Below, piece after piece: positions 63,187-64,000 of a stretch of DNA of 64,000 bases. Each line of letters starts with the position of its first letter. Positions within the stretch are counted from its first letter, which is position 1. The stretch spans positions 82,221 to 146,220 of the forward strand of contig CAJUMA010000001.1 in assembly GCA_910587065.1 (NCBI GenBank), given 5' to 3'. The translations under genes were made by a program, and so were the position numbers. Origin of the DNA: an uncultured Bacilli bacterium (lineage in GTDB: Bacteria > Bacillota_I > Bacilli_A > RF39 > UBA660). The notes under the pieces were generated by a model. The model made no database searches, was not told where the DNA came from, and saw only the letters and a list, made by a program, of their open reading frames with translations.

Positions 63187-63397
63187 AACTTTCTTTTTTT
63201 TATGATATAATCTATTTATAAATACAAACAAAAAGAAGCAGTCCCCCTGAGAACTGCTTCAAAGAATAAAAAGGGGTTGGCTAGTGTGATACTAGCACCA
63301 ATTCGCCTGTAAGTGAATTGGTATTTAATATACTAATTGAAAAGGCACTTTTTGTCAACACTTTTTTCGATTTTTTTTAACTTTTTGGAGGAAATTT

Positions 63398-64000
63398 ATG
63401 GAATTAAGCAAAATAAAGGGTATTGGGCCCAAAACAATTGAACATTTAAATAAATTAAATATCTACGATGTATCTTCCTTAGTAAGATATTACCCATACA
63501 GATATAATATATTTTCTCCTTCCGAAATAGAAGATAGCAAGAATGATAAAGTAATAATTGTTCCTGGAAAAATTTTATCTACTTCAAAAGTATCTTACAT
63601 TAAGAGGAATTTTAATAAACTAACATTCAGCTTTGAAACAAGTAATGTGATAATAAATGTTTCTATTTTTAATCGAGCATTTTTATCAACTCATTTAACT
63701 GTTGGAAAAAAAGTAACCGTTATTGGGAAATATAATAAAATGAATAATCAATTTATTGCATCGGATATTTTGTTATATGAACTTACAAGTACAAAAGTTG
63801 AACCAGTATATCATATGACATCTGGAATATCTGGAAAAAGTATCCAAAAATGTATCAACAGTGCATTATCAACAAATTTAGAAATAGGTGATATTATACC
63901 TGATTATCTGCAAAAGAAATATAATTTTATGAAAACAGAAAGTGCTATAAAAGAAATACATAATCCTTCTAGTGGAGTAAATTTAAAACAAGCAAAAATA
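63398..64000 (+). CDS. recG: ATP-dependent DNA helicase RecG (N-terminal wedge domain; continues past the window)
   Basis: GGAGG RBS. LSKIKGIGPKTIEHLNKLNIYDVSSLVRYYPYRY...VTVIGK matches the RecG N-terminus (L..l.GvG.k....L.klgi.tv.DLL...P.rYeD) and OB wedge. Confidence 0.6.
   Translation, partial: MELSKIKGIGPKTIEHLNKLNIYDVSSLVRYYPYRYNIFSPSEIEDSKNDKVIIVPGKILSTSKVSYIKRNFNKLTFSFETSNVIINVSIFNRAFLSTHLTVGKKVTVIGKYNKMNNQFIASDILLYELTSTKVEPVYHMTSGISGKSIQKCINSALSTNLEIGDIIPDYLQKKYNFMKTESAIKEIHNPSSGVNLKQAKI

Overview
This is the oriC-proximal region of a low-GC, Bacillus-like spore-forming Firmicute chromosome (~28% GC). The RNA polymerase delta subunit (rpoE), a ComK homologue and a tmRNA tag ending in FA all point to Erysipelotrichia, or a Bacilli relative. 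Standard genetic code.

The minus strand carries gene order conserved with the B. subtilis origin region: gyrA-gyrB-recF-[comK-like]-dnaN-dnaA to the right, and tadA-dnaX-ybaB-recR-holB-ricT-yabB-pth-mfd-(T-box)-nudix-metG-tatD-yabE-rsmA-yabG-spoVG-yabP-yabQ-divIC-tmRNA to the left. The plus strand from oriC runs rpmH-rnpA-yidC-jag-mnmE-mnmG-rsmG-parB, then rpoE, prfA, prmC, spoIIR, murA, rpmE, rpiB, spoIID and a SpoIIQ-like gene.

Three things stand out.

1. The sporulation protease gene yabG is split into an N-terminal piece (19066-19312) and a C-terminal piece (7117-7638) by an ~11.4 kb element (7639-19065).
   - The element has imperfect inverted-repeat ends and a GATG core duplicated at both junctions.
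   - It carries two tandem large serine recombinases, a 42-aa ORF coupled to them, a membrane protein with a Listeria-Bacteroides repeat, and a 2318-aa surface protein.
   - The surface protein has NPCBM, transglutaminase-like and discoidin domains plus 11 tandem ~71-aa repeats.
   - Recombination at GATG would rebuild a YabG reading frame colinear with B. subtilis YabG.
   - This looks like a skin-type sporulation-gene intervening element inside yabG.

2. A ~550 bp intergenic array of eight parS sites (35113-35652) matches the Spo0J/ParB consensus TGTTNCACGTGAAACA. One site sits in a perfect 40-bp palindrome and a (TAA)11 microsatellite lies within the array. A single ParB gene lies 15 kb away with no ParA (Soj) gene adjacent.

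3. An ABC exporter gene (3841-5268) is decayed: 5'-truncated, with an in-frame TGA in a transmembrane segment and a TAA at the Q of the LSGGQ signature.

Other calls: tmRNA, a putative 71-nt SRP RNA, a T-box leader, degenerate DnaA-box clusters, a ComK homologue between recF and dnaN, an rnpA with no canonical start codon, and three separate transglutaminase-like Cys-His-Asp proteins.
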